A stretch of DNA of 64,000 bases from Tubiluchus corallicola (GCA_030141605.1 JAQGDQ010000010.1:744001-808000); one strand, 5' to 3'. Shown: positions 28,131 to 58,419, counted from the first letter of the stretch. Made by a program: numbers and translations. The notes: generated from the letters alone by a model not told the origin.

Positions 28131-30909
28131 TGAAACGTGTGTGTGTGTTAGGGTGTGTGCATGAGTATTTGTGTGCGTATGAGAGAAAGAGGGAGAAAGA
28201 AGAAAGGGGGATAATTAAGCTGTACGCATGACTGAAGCAGCACACTGCACACCGCGAGGTTTTCGTCACGTATGTTGGACTTTGAGTTAACGTTTGAGTT
28301 AAGTCTAAATACAGTCTCAGACAGAAAATAGTGCGTTTACGATGATTTCTTCTCACTCAGGCACATTTTTCAGGGAAGCATAGAAATGGCAATGCGTGTA
28401 CTGATTACCAGTTGTTCAGAATTTTCATGATCAACGATCAATCAGCGCATTGTGGAACGGGGAGAAAATCGCTCTGGAAGGCAAAGCGATTTTTCGCGTT
28501 TGACCACAGAAACTGCAGATACAACCAAAACTTTGAAATTGCCTTGAGAACAAATTACGAATGTCAAGAAAAGACAAGAATTATAACAAAAGATGTAGCT
28601 GGCGGTGATAACAAAAAGATCTAATCGTTCATGCAGATCTGTGCGTGATAACAAAATCACAAATTTGGTTCCTTGCGTATGATGCGCATGTAGCTTTATC
28701 AATAAAAGCATAACTATTACGAGCGAGATAAGAACATACAAAAACAACAATAACGTAATTTGAATCCTGCTTTGTACATGAGAAGTTTGTTAATAGTATA
28801 AGAATAAGAAAAATTCACATCAAAATATTTATAGATAATAACCAACTTACTCAAAAGCGAGAGAGGGAGAGAGTGAAATGGAGAAAGAGAGAGGGAGAGA
28901 GGGGGAGTAATGAAGGGGATAGATAGGCAGATAGACAGACAGACAGGCATACAGACGGACAGAGAGGAAGAAGGCAGGTAGGGGATGAATGGATGGATGG
29001 ATGTGTGGGTGGTTGTTTGGATAGGTAGATAGGCAGACAGGCAGATAGATGGATAGATAGATGACATAGATGAATAGGTAAACATATAGATAAATGGACG
29101 GACAGACAGACAGAGGAAAAATCTAGAGAAAGGAAACAGACATTAGTAGACTTTGATCAGTCAAACTTAAAACGTTTTGCTACTGTCTGTCACAGATTTA
29201 GATTTTCAGTGAAGGATTATTGTAATAAATCTTGCGCAGTAAGCAAAAGTGACTAAATTGATCACATGTTATTAAAAATACCTTCTCACAACAACGTGTT
29301 GATGTACAGCAGGCATTCTGGGATGTAAATATTATCGTGAGATGTTTTTATTTAATTGAATTACAAGTGTGGAGATTCTGCAGAAATATGCTTATTGATT
29401 TCACAATTAAATTTTCATGTTCTAAATGTGTTTGTGCGTTAAAATTACCAGAAAACGTTGCTGTCAGCTGGGGCTAATAGCTCAAAGGGAAGCAAAAGTA
29501 AACACAAGCAAGATCAACTTTTACTAGCATTTATTGCCTATTTAGACAATAATTAATAGACAGATGAAATATTGGACATATAAGTCTGTATTGACTTCGA
29601 AGTTCATTTTCCACTTTTAATAATTTAATAATAATTAATTTTTTAATAAAAAATACTTACAAACAAGCAGTGTGAGTCTAGTAATTTTGACACAAGCTAT
29701 TTTAAAAAGAATATCAGCAAAAAGTTTACCATTATAATGGAAAACTTTCATGTTATTGTATTAAAGTGTAAAGTTGAAAGTTGTGCCTTTCTCTTACCTC
29801 ATAACGGCAGGGTGCATTCACACCCAAATTTGGCCGAGACATCGCTGCCGATTCAATGTCACGTCCTAGAAGATTAGACTTAATAATGACTTGCCACATT
29901 CATGTCCCGCCACAAACATGTCACGGTCATGTTGAGGTCATTCAAATTTTATTGACCAAGCTTCCACCATTATTCGAGATGCAAATATAACGCTTGTAAA
30001 TGGCTGTCACTAACAGTTCATTTAGTCGATGGCTTCATCTTGCGAGTATACCACATTGAAATTTTGCTTCTTATTGCGAGTTGTAAACGTAAAAACGATT
30101 CATGAAGAAACATAGAAAAACACGGAGGCATCTTCTTAATAAAGAGTGTTTTGCTTCTTGCAACGACAATGACGACGATGTCGATGATCGTGATAAATCT
30201 ATTGACAAATAATTAAATTTAAAACTCATTGAGCTGAACAGATGTGAACGTGCCTTATATTTATGTACAGATAGCAGGCCGGCAAACCTATAAGTAGTGT
30301 CATGATTCCGGCGTTAACACGGGAAACCCATAACATTACCTGCGAATGGTTGAGTTATTGGGTTCCTGTACAGGAAAAGTTCCGAAGAGGCTAAATTATC
30401 GCGTGGCGTCCTCAGTTGTCGAAATCCAGCTCTATAGTGTACTTCACACCTGTCTGCCTGCTCAGTGTCATTAAGCTTTTCCAGTTCTTAGGCATTGTCT
30501 GTGGGTCTATGTCTTTGGTTTTAAATCGTACCTTTTGAGCTCTGAAGTATGGTTTGGTTTGTTTTTGCTCAAACTTTGAGTGCAAATTATGTACCGCCTA
30601 CGAGAATCACCTATGAGGGTGTGATACCATCCACCATGTTGTGAGCCCTCAGAAGGTGTGCCTCCCAAGAATCTGACCTGGGAACAATATTTTTGAATAA
30701 TAGTGATTATTGTTATTAATTATTGTTAAACTAAACGTTTCTGACTGGTTTGGATTACGGCTTAGCGGTTATATGTTTAACCGGCATTCTTACAGAAAAT
30801 GACACGTTCTTTCTCCGTTCAAGCAGGGCAGAAAGAGCGGCTGCTTCCGCTTCCCCGTGCTTCGGGCATCTTGTAACATTCCTACCATGGTTTCCTAAAC
30901 TCCCGGAGC

Positions 30910-30958
30910 ATGACGTCAAGTCAAGTTTAGCGTATCGAAAATCCGACCCATTGATTGG
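30910..30958 (+). promoter_or_regulatory. CRE plus inverted CCAAT box upstream of the first exon of the plus-strand gene
   Basis: TGACGTCA at 30911-30918 and ATTGG at 30954-30958, about 200 bp before ATG 31138. Confidence 0.5.
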
Positions 30959-31137
30959 TAGATTGACATCAACATTGCTGCTTTCTTCTTTACTGAGAAA
31001 CCTTTTACAAAATTTCAGACAATTTGATTCAGTTTGCTTGGTTAGACTGAAGAGGCCACACAACAAAGACACAGAGAGAAAGGAGTTCGTTAAAGGAAAG
31101 GATAATCACCAGACTGTGGACAGAACAACTCCCCGTC

Positions 31138-46775
<15,638 letters not shown>

Positions 46776-47029
46776 GTAGGACTGTAACTTTCTTGTTTGA
46801 AATTAGCCGAGAATAACATGGTGTTTTGTTCACAGATTTTGCAGAGGTTTATTTAACTTCAAGCAAACCTGTCTTGCTTACTGTGGAAAAAAACTACTGT
46901 TGCCAAAATTGCAGCAGAGAAATTAAAGCCTTGCTACATAAATGATTGCAGGTGGTAAACCAACTTTTGCTTAGCAGCACCTCTTGTGGTGGCTTTTTGA
47001 TTCACTGGCGCCACCATCGCCAACGTCTA

Positions 47030-48290
47030 GTTTAGATTAGATTAGATGTTATTTAGTTATCTCCTTTAACTTACAATGAATACACAGTAACACATACACG
47101 ATATACAGAAGGACATAGGAGAAAGGGTGGTGAAAAACCAATGGTTATCGTGTCAACCTCTCTTCTCAATTAAGACAAAAAATAAACAAATGACGCAAAT
47201 GACAGGCAAATTTAAAAAAATTAGAAAAATATATAAATATGCAGAAATACATAAATATACATGTATAACGTGAATAGCAACGTCCAAATCAATTATTCAG
47301 TTTAACAAAGTAATAGAAATTATATATGTATATCTATAAATCCCAAATTGTATATGTTAACAATATATAAAAGAAAGTTTGTTCCAATTTAGCAAATGCA
47401 CAAATTACAAAAATCAAAACAGAAATGTATAACAAATAATGAGCAATAAACATATTAAAACAAGTATACAGTTTAGCAAATAAGCAAAATTAAAGTTCTA
47501 ACCAAAATAATTAACAGCAATGTGATTAAGTTAAATGCCACAATATAAAAACTAAATGATTAAGCGTCAGTTAGTCAGCCGTTAAACGTGCATTAAATAT
47601 AAAGCAAGACAATTTGCAAATCAATTTTTTAAACAACAATCACTAGCAATGTAATTTGCAAATCAAAGCAACTGTAGCATAATAGAGCAGCATAATTCAA
47701 AATACCTTACATTTGCTTCTGTACTAAATCATATGGATGTTTTGCAGAAAATAACACCTGTAGAATAGAAAGCATATGATTGGACATCTAGCATTATAGA
47801 GAGATAACTTTATAGCATTAATAATTTACTTTTAATGAAAAGTTTCTAAAAAAAATCTAGTAGACAAAAATTAACTTATATGTAAGTTCCAAGAAGTGTC
47901 TTAATGTACCTTTTACTTAATGAACGCAGAGGTAGAGAAGTTTTATGAGCAGCTAGGGAGTTCCACAATATAGACAAATATAGACAAAGATATATCTAGT
48001 GTCCATTTGTGTTCCAAGTGTCTTAAGTGTTAACAACATATCTAGTGTTCCAAGAAGTGTCTTAATGTACCTTTTACTTAATGAACGCAGAGGTAGAGAA
48101 GTTTTATGAGCAGCTAGGGAGTTCCACAATATAGACAAATATAGAAAAAGATATATTTAGTGTCCATTTTTGCCATATATTGCCTTGACATGATTTAGAT
48201 TTAATGTAGCAGCCACCAGTCTGAGAATATGGTTGACTCTACCTGCTGAAAACATAAGAATGCTGACTAGACGTGGTTCTCAATTTCCTT
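47030..48290 (-). mobile_element. Decayed LINE 3' end (L2/Crack/CR1-like) with an internal tandem duplication
   Basis: Minus-strand SILWNSL.. resembles the ORF2 C-terminal WN-LP motif. A T-rich 3' UTR ends in (TCTAA)n near 47030-47047. A 123-bp block is duplicated at 47886-48008 and 48047-48169. Confidence 0.5.
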
Positions 48291-50619
48291 GTTTTATTAA
48301 TTTTCAGCAGACAGTTTATCCGACGTAAGGAAGAAAACTCTGCGCACGACCCATCTAAATGGAAATTTTACTTTTTTACTAATAACATTTCATTTAACGA
48401 CATTAGACGGGGAATCTTAATACAAAATTGAGTAGACAATTCAATTATTCGTCGCATTTTATACGGCCTCCTGCGTCGTTTCGGAAAAGCAATTAAGACC
48501 TCCCGCCTGATGTTTATGATCCTGTACTGTCGATTAATAAGGCAATTCCGAGTGACACATTTTGCGGCAAAGTTCAATTTTAATGAGACGTGTTGAAGGC
48601 ATGACTTTGTGACTCACAAATAATAGTTAACCTTTAGATCTGCACTACTGACCAAAGTCATGAACGCGATCTAACTTTCAAATATTTCTCCAATCGGAAA
48701 CTACACGGTCTAATGACAACAACCTTCATCATTTTATATTATGGGTCATTATTCGTATTACTGCCCAAAGTTAATATTGCGCAGTTTTTACTTGGGAAAA
48801 CAACATTTTTCAAAATGCATGTTCAAAAATTCGGAAAATTGTGTTATATTAGCTATCAGCATTATTTGTTTAAAAAGTTCTGGTTTACTTCTAAGCACAT
48901 TAGCATACGTTAAGAGTGAACTATCACCAATTTTTTGTAGCAGTAATCAGAATGGATGTTCGACTGGATGGATAATGTCATGTCTACTCTGTTGTGTTTC
49001 TTGTACAAAGATGATTTATCAAAATAAAAACTGTCTTTGAAAACTTGTTGCTTGTTTCCTTCATATTATTGTAACTAACCACCTGCTATACGCTGACCAT
49101 TGCTTAATTGCCTTTTTGCATCTGCTTCGTAGAATTTATTGAAGAGTTGTCGGGTATTTGCTTATATTATCCTCAATACGGAAGGCATGTGTAAGTTGAT
49201 AAATAGCTTACGTTATGCTGATGACGTCATGCGCTGTGGCAAGAAAATCAGCATTCCATCAGCATTCAGCAGAAATAACTTGCGCACTTTTGACGTTTTG
49301 AAAAGATAGCGGGCGATATTTTTAATCAAATTTGTTTGTGTTATGTCGCAGCTAATTCTATTGTAAGATATTTTTTTCATTACGAATACCGGTAACTGAT
49401 TTTTAAGTTGCATGATATTAAAATTTTGAGCATTTTTTTAGCTAATTGGGAAGTTGTTGTCCTGTAACTAACCACCCGAACTAAGACCGTATCCTGCATT
49501 GAAAACTCTTGTTTCGGTTTTTATAAACTGTCCAAGGCCATGACAGTTAGATTCATTAATGCCCTTACTGAAACCTGAAATTGTTGTAAACCCGTACTAA
49601 AATGCATCATAAACACTACTTTACTATTGTGCAACTATTAGAGCAATTATCCACTAAGAATTTTGCTTGTTTTTTAATAGTCAAGATTCCACAAGGTTTG
49701 ACACGTTAGTTCTTGTTTGTTGTTTACGATAGCCAGCGCAGGACCTGCTGCTAATACTGAACTGTGTAGCTACATCCCTTACTCATTGATATAAATAGGC
49801 GAAAACAGCATGGTAGATCAAACTGCGCAGACGCGGTTTTTCCCGATGTTAGTTTTGCATTTAATAACTAAGTTCATTATTAGTTGATCACGCTGTAATA
49901 TCGTTACCACTCAGCTATTCACTTCTCTACATAGTTTGGTATAGAGAAGGAATAGCCAAGTGCTACAGTATATTGACGAAGGCTTTGCAGGTAGATGCTA
50001 CGGGAACCTTATAAATATGCATTGTAGATTTTAAACAGCAATTTGAACGACAAATTATTTTTTTACTGTGGAAAATCGCGAATAAATTTCCGTGTTCGAA
50101 AGTGAGTGTGGGGCTTCCTTGCAAATTATAAACAAGTTTTTAATTTTAACGTTATATATCGATCATAGATGAGTTCTGTCAATGCAATTAATGAAATTTC
50201 AAATATTTACATTTAGCATGGATGATTTTTTCTTGATAGTGCAGCTGTAGTGACAGGGTCCCGTCTTTGATCGATGATTGAAAATTATCTAAGATGATGT
50301 CTGGAAAATTAATGATGCATTTCAATTATTTCGGAGCAAGATCGATTGTTTGGCAACGTCTCCGTGTGACCATTATGCTAGAGATATGGTTCTGTTATTA
50401 ATTATTGCGGTCACTGTTCAGACAACTTGGGAACATTTGTTACACAACTTTCGCAAAAATTTTTCGTTAAATTCTATGAAAATAAGATTTGAGATATTTT
50501 CGCCCGAATTGTCCTTTATTCGGTTTTTTTGTCTAGAAGCTTCTATAATGTATCATTAAAGTTAAACATTGGGCACTAGAGGTTGTGTGGCACTGATCAA
50601 TAACTAGATTGGTAGCTGG

Positions 50620-50815
50620 ATGGGCGTAGCGTAGCTAGGTGTGCTGAGTCGTGATCAGGTTTCGATACCACCTGCAAGCAAAGCTAGCTTTCTTAGTTTA
50701 AAAAACTTGCCTTGCTGAAGCTCTCTGGTCTAAGTGTGAAGATCAGCAACTAATCCTCTGCTGTCAAGCCTGCCCAAGCAAACATCTAGCAAGAGGGCAG
50801 ACAAAAACCTGATGT
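50620..50815 (+). mobile_element. Degenerate SINE-like element
   Basis: A-box-like GGCGTAGCG and B-box-like GGTTTCGATAC in a locally GC-richer segment. Confidence 0.35.
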
Positions 50816-52565
50816 GTGACATCATTAAATAAGTTTAGTGCAAGTTACAAACGAAGCAGCAAATGCATCAACATTTTTGATAAATTGCGATTGCAATTGC
50901 TAAAGTAGTTTTATTTTTAATGCTTTTTTCATTGATCAGGTCAGATATGATTGATGTGATCAGACCTTAGGATCCCTTTTATGCATTTACGGTGAATAAT
51001 TTTAAGACAGTTATTGTTATTATTTAAATAAATTGCTATATTATTCACTGTGTCACATCTGTAATCTTTGTACGTAAATGTCTTTGTCGATATGCATTTG
51101 TATGTGTGTATATCTATTTGAGTTTATTTGTATTTATATTACTTTATATATCTTGGCTTTTACTTGCACATATATTGGCATAGTGAGGATTCATGTATCA
51201 GTTTTAAAAACTGTCTAATCTGAACCTAACAAACCAAGTTTAAACTAATGCTTTTTCAAAAATCTGCAAAAGTAGCATTAGCGAGATGCACACGCATGCT
51301 TTTGATTCTGCACAGTCAAAACATTAAACATTGATTTGGCAATTTCATTTTCGTTACCTTTGTCTTACGCCTGTGCTTTCAATGTTTGTGCTGTTTGTTG
51401 TAGATTTACAAAAACGTTTTTGCAAACCTGCAATGACGTCAACGAGGCAAGTGCTTTTAAACGTTAATAACAAACAGGAGCTTAATGGATACGTTTCAGC
51501 CTTCAGATAATAGAAACTGTACAGTGTGTTGAAAAATCATTGCTGCCGGCAGGTGTAGAGAGAAATAAAAATATTGTTTATCTATTATAAAAGCTGTGCG
51601 CTAACACGACAAAAGGCAAATAGAAGCACCTCGACGGTGCATTGCTTGTTGTGCTTATAACTAGTTATTAACAAATTAACAGAAAAGGAAGATTCAGACT
51701 TTATGTTTTAATCTATTTCTCTAAATTTAACGTGATACCGCAATGGAGGAAAAAACTGACAAAATTTTCAGTCAGCCTTCCTTGATCCTTCCGGCTTCCA
51801 GTGCACGGCATTTAATGCTTTAGCAGTTCGCTTTTTTGTAAGCTAATGTTCATAAAACCGACCTAAATGTAAAATTGGCTGAAACTTGCTAGTTTTTTTG
51901 CAAAAACACCAAGAATGAAATTAGTTGATAAAATGAGGTCATTTATTAAGATGACAATACATTCAATATAGCAAGGTAAAAAAGGTGAGGCACACCCAAA
52001 TACCGCCCCACCTAATACGTGACTATGCTAATCACAGCATTGCTTGCGTCTATGATGATAAACGTAATAAAGCATGGTTTGCAATACTACGATACATTAC
52101 AAAATCATACCAAACGCCCAGTAAAGCAGTTTCAATAATATATAGTAGTACTTATAAAAAAAATGCCACACTACAGAAAAAAGCACTGCAATGTTAAAAG
52201 TACCTAAACCTAAAGTTCTCACAAAAATTACATTCCTACTTTAGTAGTGGGTGGAGAGAGGGTGGGTTTTCACATCCAGCGGCAGCAGGCAAATGGGTGA
52301 TTTTCACCAAGACTACGAATGTCATTCGTTGATTGGTCGGCTAAAAACAATGCGCGCGACACTGGCGCGCATGCTCACGAAAATTCCTTACAAGAACTCA
52401 TTTATTGCTATTCTATCAATAAATTTACCTTTTTCCTTCTCATACATGCATTTTACAATTTATTATTAAATTTTACCAGTAAATAGCAGTTACATTATAC
52501 AGGAAGCATGAATCCAATTAAATGACAAATTAATATTGTTTTAAGTAATAACAAGTTTATTATTG

Positions 52566-53180
52566 AATACTGTACAGTACAGTACAATATAGTACAATAT
52601 GATACGATGCGATGCGAGACGAGACGAGACGAGACTAGACGACACGATACGATACGATGCGATACGACACGATACGACACGACACGACACGACACAACAC
52701 GACACGACACGACACGATACCATACCATACCATACCATACCATACCATACCATACCATACCATACCAAACCATACCATACCATGCCATGCCATGCCATGC
52801 CATGCCATGCCATGCCATACCATACCATACCATATCATACCATACAATACCATACCACACAATACAATGCAATGCAATGCAAGGCAATGCAATGCAATGC
52901 AATGCAATGCAATGCAATGCAATGCAATGCAATGCAATGCAATACACAATACAATACAATACAATACAATACAATACAATACAATACAATACAATACAAT
53001 ACAATACAATACAATACAATACAATACAATACAATACAATACAATACAATACAATACAATACAATACAATACAATACAATACAATGCAATGCAATACAAT
53101 ACAATACAATACAACACAACACAACACAACACAACACAACAACACAACACAAGACAATATACACGATACAACACAATATA
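52566..53180. repeat. Compound pentanucleotide microsatellite (GATAC/GAGAC/GACAC/CATAC/CATGC/AATGC/AATAC/AACAC blocks)
   Basis: A 5-bp period is kept over about 600 bp. This explains the stacked spurious ORFs at 52495-53224. Confidence 0.95.
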
Positions 53181-53769
53181 ACGTAACTCAGTTTACAAAT
53201 ACGCTAAACATAGAAATAGAATAAAATACAATAAACCTAAATGTTTAAATTAACTAGTCTCAAACTTGCAATCAAGCCTCAAACTGTACGCGAACAATGC
53301 AAATGATGTATAGCTGAAGAATTACAACACGCGAATTAAAAGCCGTTTTATTTGGCTTTTAACTGATGTAGCAATGACATTTATGTAAGGTAATTGTCAT
53401 TTACTGGAAACTGCCTGCATTAACGCAATACCTATACGAACGAAGCCTCGTATTATTGGGAAACTAATAACAACAACAACGGCAATAATGAAATACAGAG
53501 ACAGTGTTTTTTTGTAATTCGCATGATTAAGTATAATTGACTTTGAACAGAAAAGTATTATTTTGGCTATGGCTCACTTTGCTACACCGTCGAATTGACG
53601 ACTGAGAATGATATAATTACTTGTTTCGTGACGCGTCTGTTGATTTAAGTTATTTTAATATTCAACGTCTGATTAGCATAACACTGTTTATGCGATATCA
53701 ACGTTGCGAAGTAAAATCAATTTTTGCACAGCATCTGTATGAGTCTCTGTAATGTGCAGTTGTATCATA

Positions 53770-54268
53770 CAGGGTGATTCGAAAGCATGATGCACTTTAT
53801 TGTTGTTCATACGATAAAGGCCGTCGTTATAGTTGATCGTAAGTTTACAAAAACAGGGTTTAGGCGAGAAAAAGTGTGAAGTAAAATATAAGAAAAAAGT
53901 GAATGAAGGTTGTTTCTCTTACTGTCTATATTAAAGTAATCTGCAATAAAGTGTTCTCATACGCTCCATTCGGTTCTACGTTAATGCATTACACGCAATT
54001 AATATCGCTGAACACTTCAAGCAAATGTTTTTCACAGCTTGATTTGCAGTGATAAGCAGTGCTAATGCATTGTCTTACGCCGAGGACTTGTTTTTCGCAA
54101 CTTTTCATTTGCGCAAAATTAAGCAGCTGGATTTTAGGAATAAAATAAAAACGAACAAAAATACTTTGTTTTTAAATGCTCCTCATTTTTTCCGTCAGTT
54201 ACGACCAGCCGGCAATCACTTTTACATAGTAAGCACGTGAAACTGTGTTATTTTTTTAACCCACCCTA
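53770..54268. mobile_element. Tc1/mariner-type MITE remnant
   Basis: TA|CAGGGTG ... CACCCTA|TA termini with a TA target duplication. Confidence 0.55.
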
Positions 54269-55816
54269 TATTCTGAAGTGCTCTCACTGCTCAGTTCGAT
54301 GCCTATACTATACTAAGAATTCTTTTGTGTTTCTTAAAGTAATCTATGCAACGCCTATAAATTCTGACACAGGTGTGATGTGAAAGCTTGATTAATTATT
54401 TTTAAATGGGGGCCATTCTCAGGTCGTAAATCTTAACTGCAAAATTAATTAGCAGGATACAGATGTGGAGCAGAGCTGAAAAAGCTTCTGCGTTTAACCT
54501 TTTCATGCATGTACAGCCTTTTTGTTAAAAGCATGTTCCTCCCTTTTCGTTTTTTAGGAAATCATATTGGTAATGGTATTTTCGTTCTCCTTTGCTTCTC
54601 TTCCTTGGTTCCTCTTTTTTAAATAAGAATGTTTTACTTTTCAATCGTACCTTTGGTATACAATTGCATAACTGATTAAAAGTAGTTTATGCTGTAATGC
54701 AGAAGAAATGCATGTTACAAAATATAATGCATGACAATTACGTGTTAGTAATGAATTAATATTGATGTTTTATTGGTAATACTACATAGCATCAATTGAT
54801 GACAAAACCACGAGCAGATTTGATATAGTCATGAAACTTTTGAAGCAATGCATCATTTTGGTCGTTTTTAGTTGAGAGTATTCGAAAAGAAATCTTGAAA
54901 TTTTCAGTTGACTTCTAAAGTTATTTAGATTAAAAGCAATTTTCTGCTTTAGTGCTTCTATACTCTTTTCTTCTATATGCTTCTTGGAGACTTTCCTTTG
55001 TCTGTTTTTGTCCTGTATCCCCGCCCCCCCCATTCTTTTGCCGTTTTCTGCCTTTCCTTCTTCTCCCTCTTCTTTTTGGCTTTTTCATAAAAAATCGTTG
55101 TTGTGAATCCGTTTCAGAGCCTAGCACGGACTACATTCCTCTGCTAGTTAATTGGTTACCTGAGTCGTAGTATGGGCCACGTAAGGGTCATTTATGTGAC
55201 CCGTCGTCAGCTTTTTTACAGGCATATTTGGTTCTAGGTAGAGATTTTTTAGCATCAGATAAAACAGTCGGTAATCAAAGTACGGTTTCGAAACATTGGA
55301 AAAACAGTTTTCGTTGTTAGTTACAAATTTGTCAGAGTTGATGGATATTTCAGACCAGATTTTCAACTTTGGGAAGAAACGCAGTTCCTTCTGCCCTTAT
55401 TTAAATGCGAGTATTTATCTCCGGAGCGCGGTACAATCTTCAATCTGGTTTCATGGAAGCGAAGTAGACTTATCGCATAAGTTGCGCCACTCTATAGGCA
55501 AATTATGATTGACGGCTTTGTACAAATTAATTTAATTCTTTAATTAAGCAGGAAAATGTCATTCATTTCAGAAAGTTTGCGTCTACTTATTCGTGTTTTT
55601 ACGGAATCTTGGCAGCGCATCACAGAAACAATTTTATCATGAAGCCACACTCCGAGACTACATTACATGACAAGTAACATGAAAACTGCAAACATCGTTT
55701 AGTACATGAGTTTGAAAATCACATCGTTCAATAGAATTAAACCCACTCTACCGTGATTACCTATTTACTAAAATGTTAAACATCGTGTGCTCACGTGCTT
55801 ATAGTCTGTAGTTGCT

Positions 55817-56240
55817 TAATATGAACATGAACATGAATATGACCATGACGATCAACTTGAATATGAATATGCATGTGAATATGAATATAAATTTTTATTT
55901 CCTACCAAAGATACAGATATGGTATATCGTAAAATAGAATACAATAAAATTACAATACATTCAAGTTCACATCTAAAATAAATTACAATATACACAAATT
56001 TGTTATCTCATAGAAAGTTTCGGGTTTTTTTATTCAGTGTTCCATGCAATTTAACAGCTTCTAAGTCTCTGCTTTTACCTGACCACACTTCTGAAGCATA
56101 ATGAACTTAATGAGCGTTGTGCCTACTATTATACTCTACTATTAGGTCCTAAGGTTTTTGTGACAAGGGAGTTCTGTGGGAAATATTGTTTAAGTAGCCT
56201 GGTTGACATTAGAACAACTCTTGTAAATGAATGTGGAAAA
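55817..56240 (-). mobile_element. Possible LINE 3' end with (ATATTC)n-type tail
   Basis: Minus-strand AATAAA followed by a hexamer tandem tail (plus strand ATGAAT/ATGAAC repeats at 55817-55890). The body is too decayed to type. Confidence 0.3.
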
Positions 56241-56414
56241 GACAGTTCGTTAAAGTTAAAAAAAATGAAAAACGACATAGTGTAGGTAATGTGATATGAC
56301 GTGTTATGTTGTGTTGAGTTGCGTTGTTTTGCCTTGCATCGTGTTGTTTTGTCCTGTGTTACGTTGCGTTGTGCTGTGTTGTTTAGTCGCTTTTTCGCTT
56401 TGCCACTTTGTTCT

Positions 56415-56495
56415 GGGTTGGGTGGTCGAGTGGTTTAGATTTCGGACTGCAACCACTCAGTCTTGAGTTCGATACTAGCGGCTGCAAACGCCAGA
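56415..56495 (+). mobile_element. tRNA-derived SINE head / tRNA-like pseudogene
   Basis: A box TGGTCGAGTGG and B box GAGTTCGATAC at tRNA spacing; no pairing acceptor stem. Confidence 0.55.
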
Positions 56496-58419
56496 GCGTA
56501 TACCCTGCATGTTATTCGTTATTTGTGTGTTGCATCCTTAATCGTACTGTTGTGTAAATTTTGATAACATAAGTGATGAGTGACTCATTGTGATAACATA
56601 AGTGATTACTATGTTAATAAAATTACTACGACGACGACGACGACGACGACGACGATGATTACTACTACTACTACTATTTTACTACTACTGCTGCTGCTGC
56701 TACCACTACCACTACTACGACTACTATGCTAGGTGTATAATTCAGAATTTATCACAGTATATATTTCATAACCAGTTGACCTTTCTGTGCTGTGTTGTGT
56801 AACATGACCAGTCTTGATGAACAGATGAAAAACAGTCGTTAGGGAAACCTATTACAGATGCCGTAATGACAAAGCCTTTGCCATTTTATATTATCATTTC
56901 ATGTCATAACGAAGGTAAGGCATCTGAGCCCGCCATTAATGTAAGCTGCATGTGAGTGCAGGTTGTTTTTGCAACCACTAATGGTATATTGTTGTTATAT
57001 ATAGCGTTATTAATGATAGATGCATAGCTTTTCTGGTATTATTGCTTCATGCATTACTTCTATCTGCGATGGCTTTGAAATATTTATACAATCGTTTTTC
57101 TCTGCAACATTGCAGTTGCGAATTACCGTAATTATTATTATTGTTGTTGTTACGCTGGAATATCTGTGGTTAGGAAAAGCGCAGTGTGGCCCAACAAAAA
57201 GTGTTGTTACTACACACAAACTGGGCATACATGGTTAACTTAAGTCATTTGAGAGTAACAACAGACGAGTTAATTTAAATGAAATTTAACATACTTTATC
57301 ATTCATCTTGCCACCATACGAATTTGATCACTGTAATTATTCAAATACTATTCAAGTGCATCGCCCTGTAACCGAAGTCACTCTGCCAAAACCAAAGCAA
57401 AACGTTTTTTATACGTTACCAACTATTTTAGTCCTAACAACTAAAGTAGAATTTTGAATCTAATTACACAGTTGAATCTGCTTATGTAGAGTAATAGGAT
57501 GTGTTTCACTCGTACACGATTTATTTCTCAGCTGGGAGAAACTGCCATTTTGCGTACAAGAAATGCAACTTCACTCATGTTTATTCCAAATCGGGTAGTC
57601 AGTGAAGTGGATAAACATGTTCACGATGTAATTGTAATCAGACGATGCAGTTCTCATCGAATTTTCAACGTTTTTTTCCCCAAACGAACCAGCGATGACG
57701 TCATGGCGAATGTAAAACGCTCGCTGGTGCGTGTCAGACTGGCTGTGCGCGATTGTTGACCAGAAGGCGGAAAACCCGCTGAGACAACGAAAAAGTCACA
57801 TGACAGGAAGCGGAAGAGAAACCAAATTAACAGAATTAGTTTGCTTAAATGAACCATGAAGGTTGAAAAATAAAAACAGAAAATAAAACAAAGTAAAGGA
57901 ATGACTGGCTCTAAAAGTGCAGACGAATTACAGAGTTTCTTTCAAGTATTGTTACCGAATAAAATTGCGCATCACGGTCATTCGTCTTTTGTCGGTCAAC
58001 TTTGGTAGTCGAACAAAAATCAAATTTTCGTGAAGCATTAGTTGATCAAAAATGCTAAATCAAAATTTTGCAGCATCCTGTCGGCGACGTTATTTTTGGT
58101 TGATAAGTTCGCCAAATGTGTCCTAAATATGTCAAATCTTAGCCAGAAGTAAAATGCAACGTTGGCAATTTTTTAATTCGTTAACTAAAAATTTAGTTTT
58201 GAGTTGGTCATCCCCATACAATTTTAAGGTTGTCCAGAATTAATTTTACAGTTACTGTAGGCATCGATAGTAGCGTCTCATGTTCATTTTACGATGCATG
58301 TGCCTTGTTTAACTTTAGGTTAGTCATTTAATTTTATAATAACAATTTATAATAACATCAGTTGAACATAATAAAAACGGCGTTCTTTTTATGTACTCGA
58401 GTAAAAGATAATCTGTTCA

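Noticed and set aside
27712-28624. 214-aa minus ORF and 70-aa plus ORF
   Set aside because: The first runs through (GA)n/(GT)n repeats; the second has no homology cue or convincing splice context.
49133-49190. Candidate exon 3 (EFIEELSGICLYYPQYGRHV); similar candidates at 48308-48324, 51404-51446 (GC donor) and about 56858-56914
   Set aside because: Splice-like ends and open phase-1 frames, but no recognisable protein. Such pseudo-exons are expected in long AT-rich introns.
52495-53224. Stacked 95-220 aa ORFs in many frames
   Set aside because: Products of a stop-free pentamer microsatellite (CIVLY/NTIQY repeats); no coding signal.
56415-56495. Possible tRNA-Cys(GCA) gene
   Set aside because: A and B boxes are present, but the acceptor, anticodon and T stems do not pair properly; better explained as a SINE head.
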